This document shows, piece after piece, positions 63,493 through 64,000 of a DNA stretch of 64,000 nucleotides (its first letter is position 1; each line of letters opens with the position of its first letter). The stretch comes from Scyliorhinus canicula. Lineage: Eukaryota. The stretch covers positions 113,920,226-113,984,225 of the forward strand of contig NC_052162.1 of assembly GCF_902713615.1 (NCBI RefSeq). Direction: 5' to 3'. Below the pieces are notes generated by a model that had not been told where the DNA came from, did no database searches, and worked only from the letters and a program-made list of their open reading frames with translations. The translations under genes were made by a program, and so were the position numbers.

Positions 63493-64000
63493 AATATATT
63501 CATTTTGGTTCGGACAAGACTGTAACCAATTACGGCAAATTCCGAATCCTCGGGATAGTCAATTTAAAAAGTTTATTAAATGAAAAAGGTTTATTGAACA
63601 ACTTTAAGACATTGACTTTTACAATTTCATGTGGGTGATCAGTCTGTAGCAGCGTAACCCTCTCTGGCTCCTTCTTTGACAGTAATTTCCTTGGAACTCG
63701 GCCTCAGGAATCTTCAGTACTTGACCAGCAAGGAAGACCTTCGAAACCTCTACTTTTATCCCCAAAGTGACCGTTACCTCACGTCAGAGTTGGGCCTGTT
63801 GTAACATGACCATTGGTCAATTTGGTCACTAGATTAATTGAATTGGTGGACAGGTAGGGCCACGGCGTCTGCGGTGGCAGAATGGACCATGGCGGTATGC
63901 GAATTGCAGTGGATCAAGGCACCCTGGGAGTCTGGAGTTAAAGTGTCTCATGGCCAACCTCTCGAAGCACAACATAATGATCGATGCCAAGGCCACTGGA

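Overview
Repeat-dense vertebrate genomic DNA. The HE1-like and Deu-domain (SacSINE1-like) SINEs, CR1/HER1 LINEs and Penelope elements point to a cartilaginous fish, probably a shark. The window holds a cluster of tandem C2H2 zinc-finger (ZNF) genes: four intact ORFs (11, 8, 10 and 7 fingers), two disabled copies and the last codons of a seventh gene at the left edge. Each intact protein is an exact multiple of 28 aa with no KRAB, SCAN, BTB or other effector domain. The genes sit head-to-head around four copies of a CpG-rich, apparently bidirectional promoter module (CCAAT, CRE, NRF1-like motifs) flanked by inverted first-exon splice-donor arms. Each has a conserved, stop-interrupted three-finger leader before the start codon. 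Shared degraded TE insertions show that whole ZNF cassettes were copied as inverted segmental duplications. The rest is nested TEs: CR1, L1/Tx1, Rex1/Babar, Penelope with minimal hammerhead-ribozyme motifs, solo LTRs, a miniature LTR element with PBS, PPT and TSD, an ORF1-only L1 derivative, MITEs, SINEs and a minisatellite grown from a SINE head. All alignments were done by eye and TE boundaries are approximate unless a TSD is cited.
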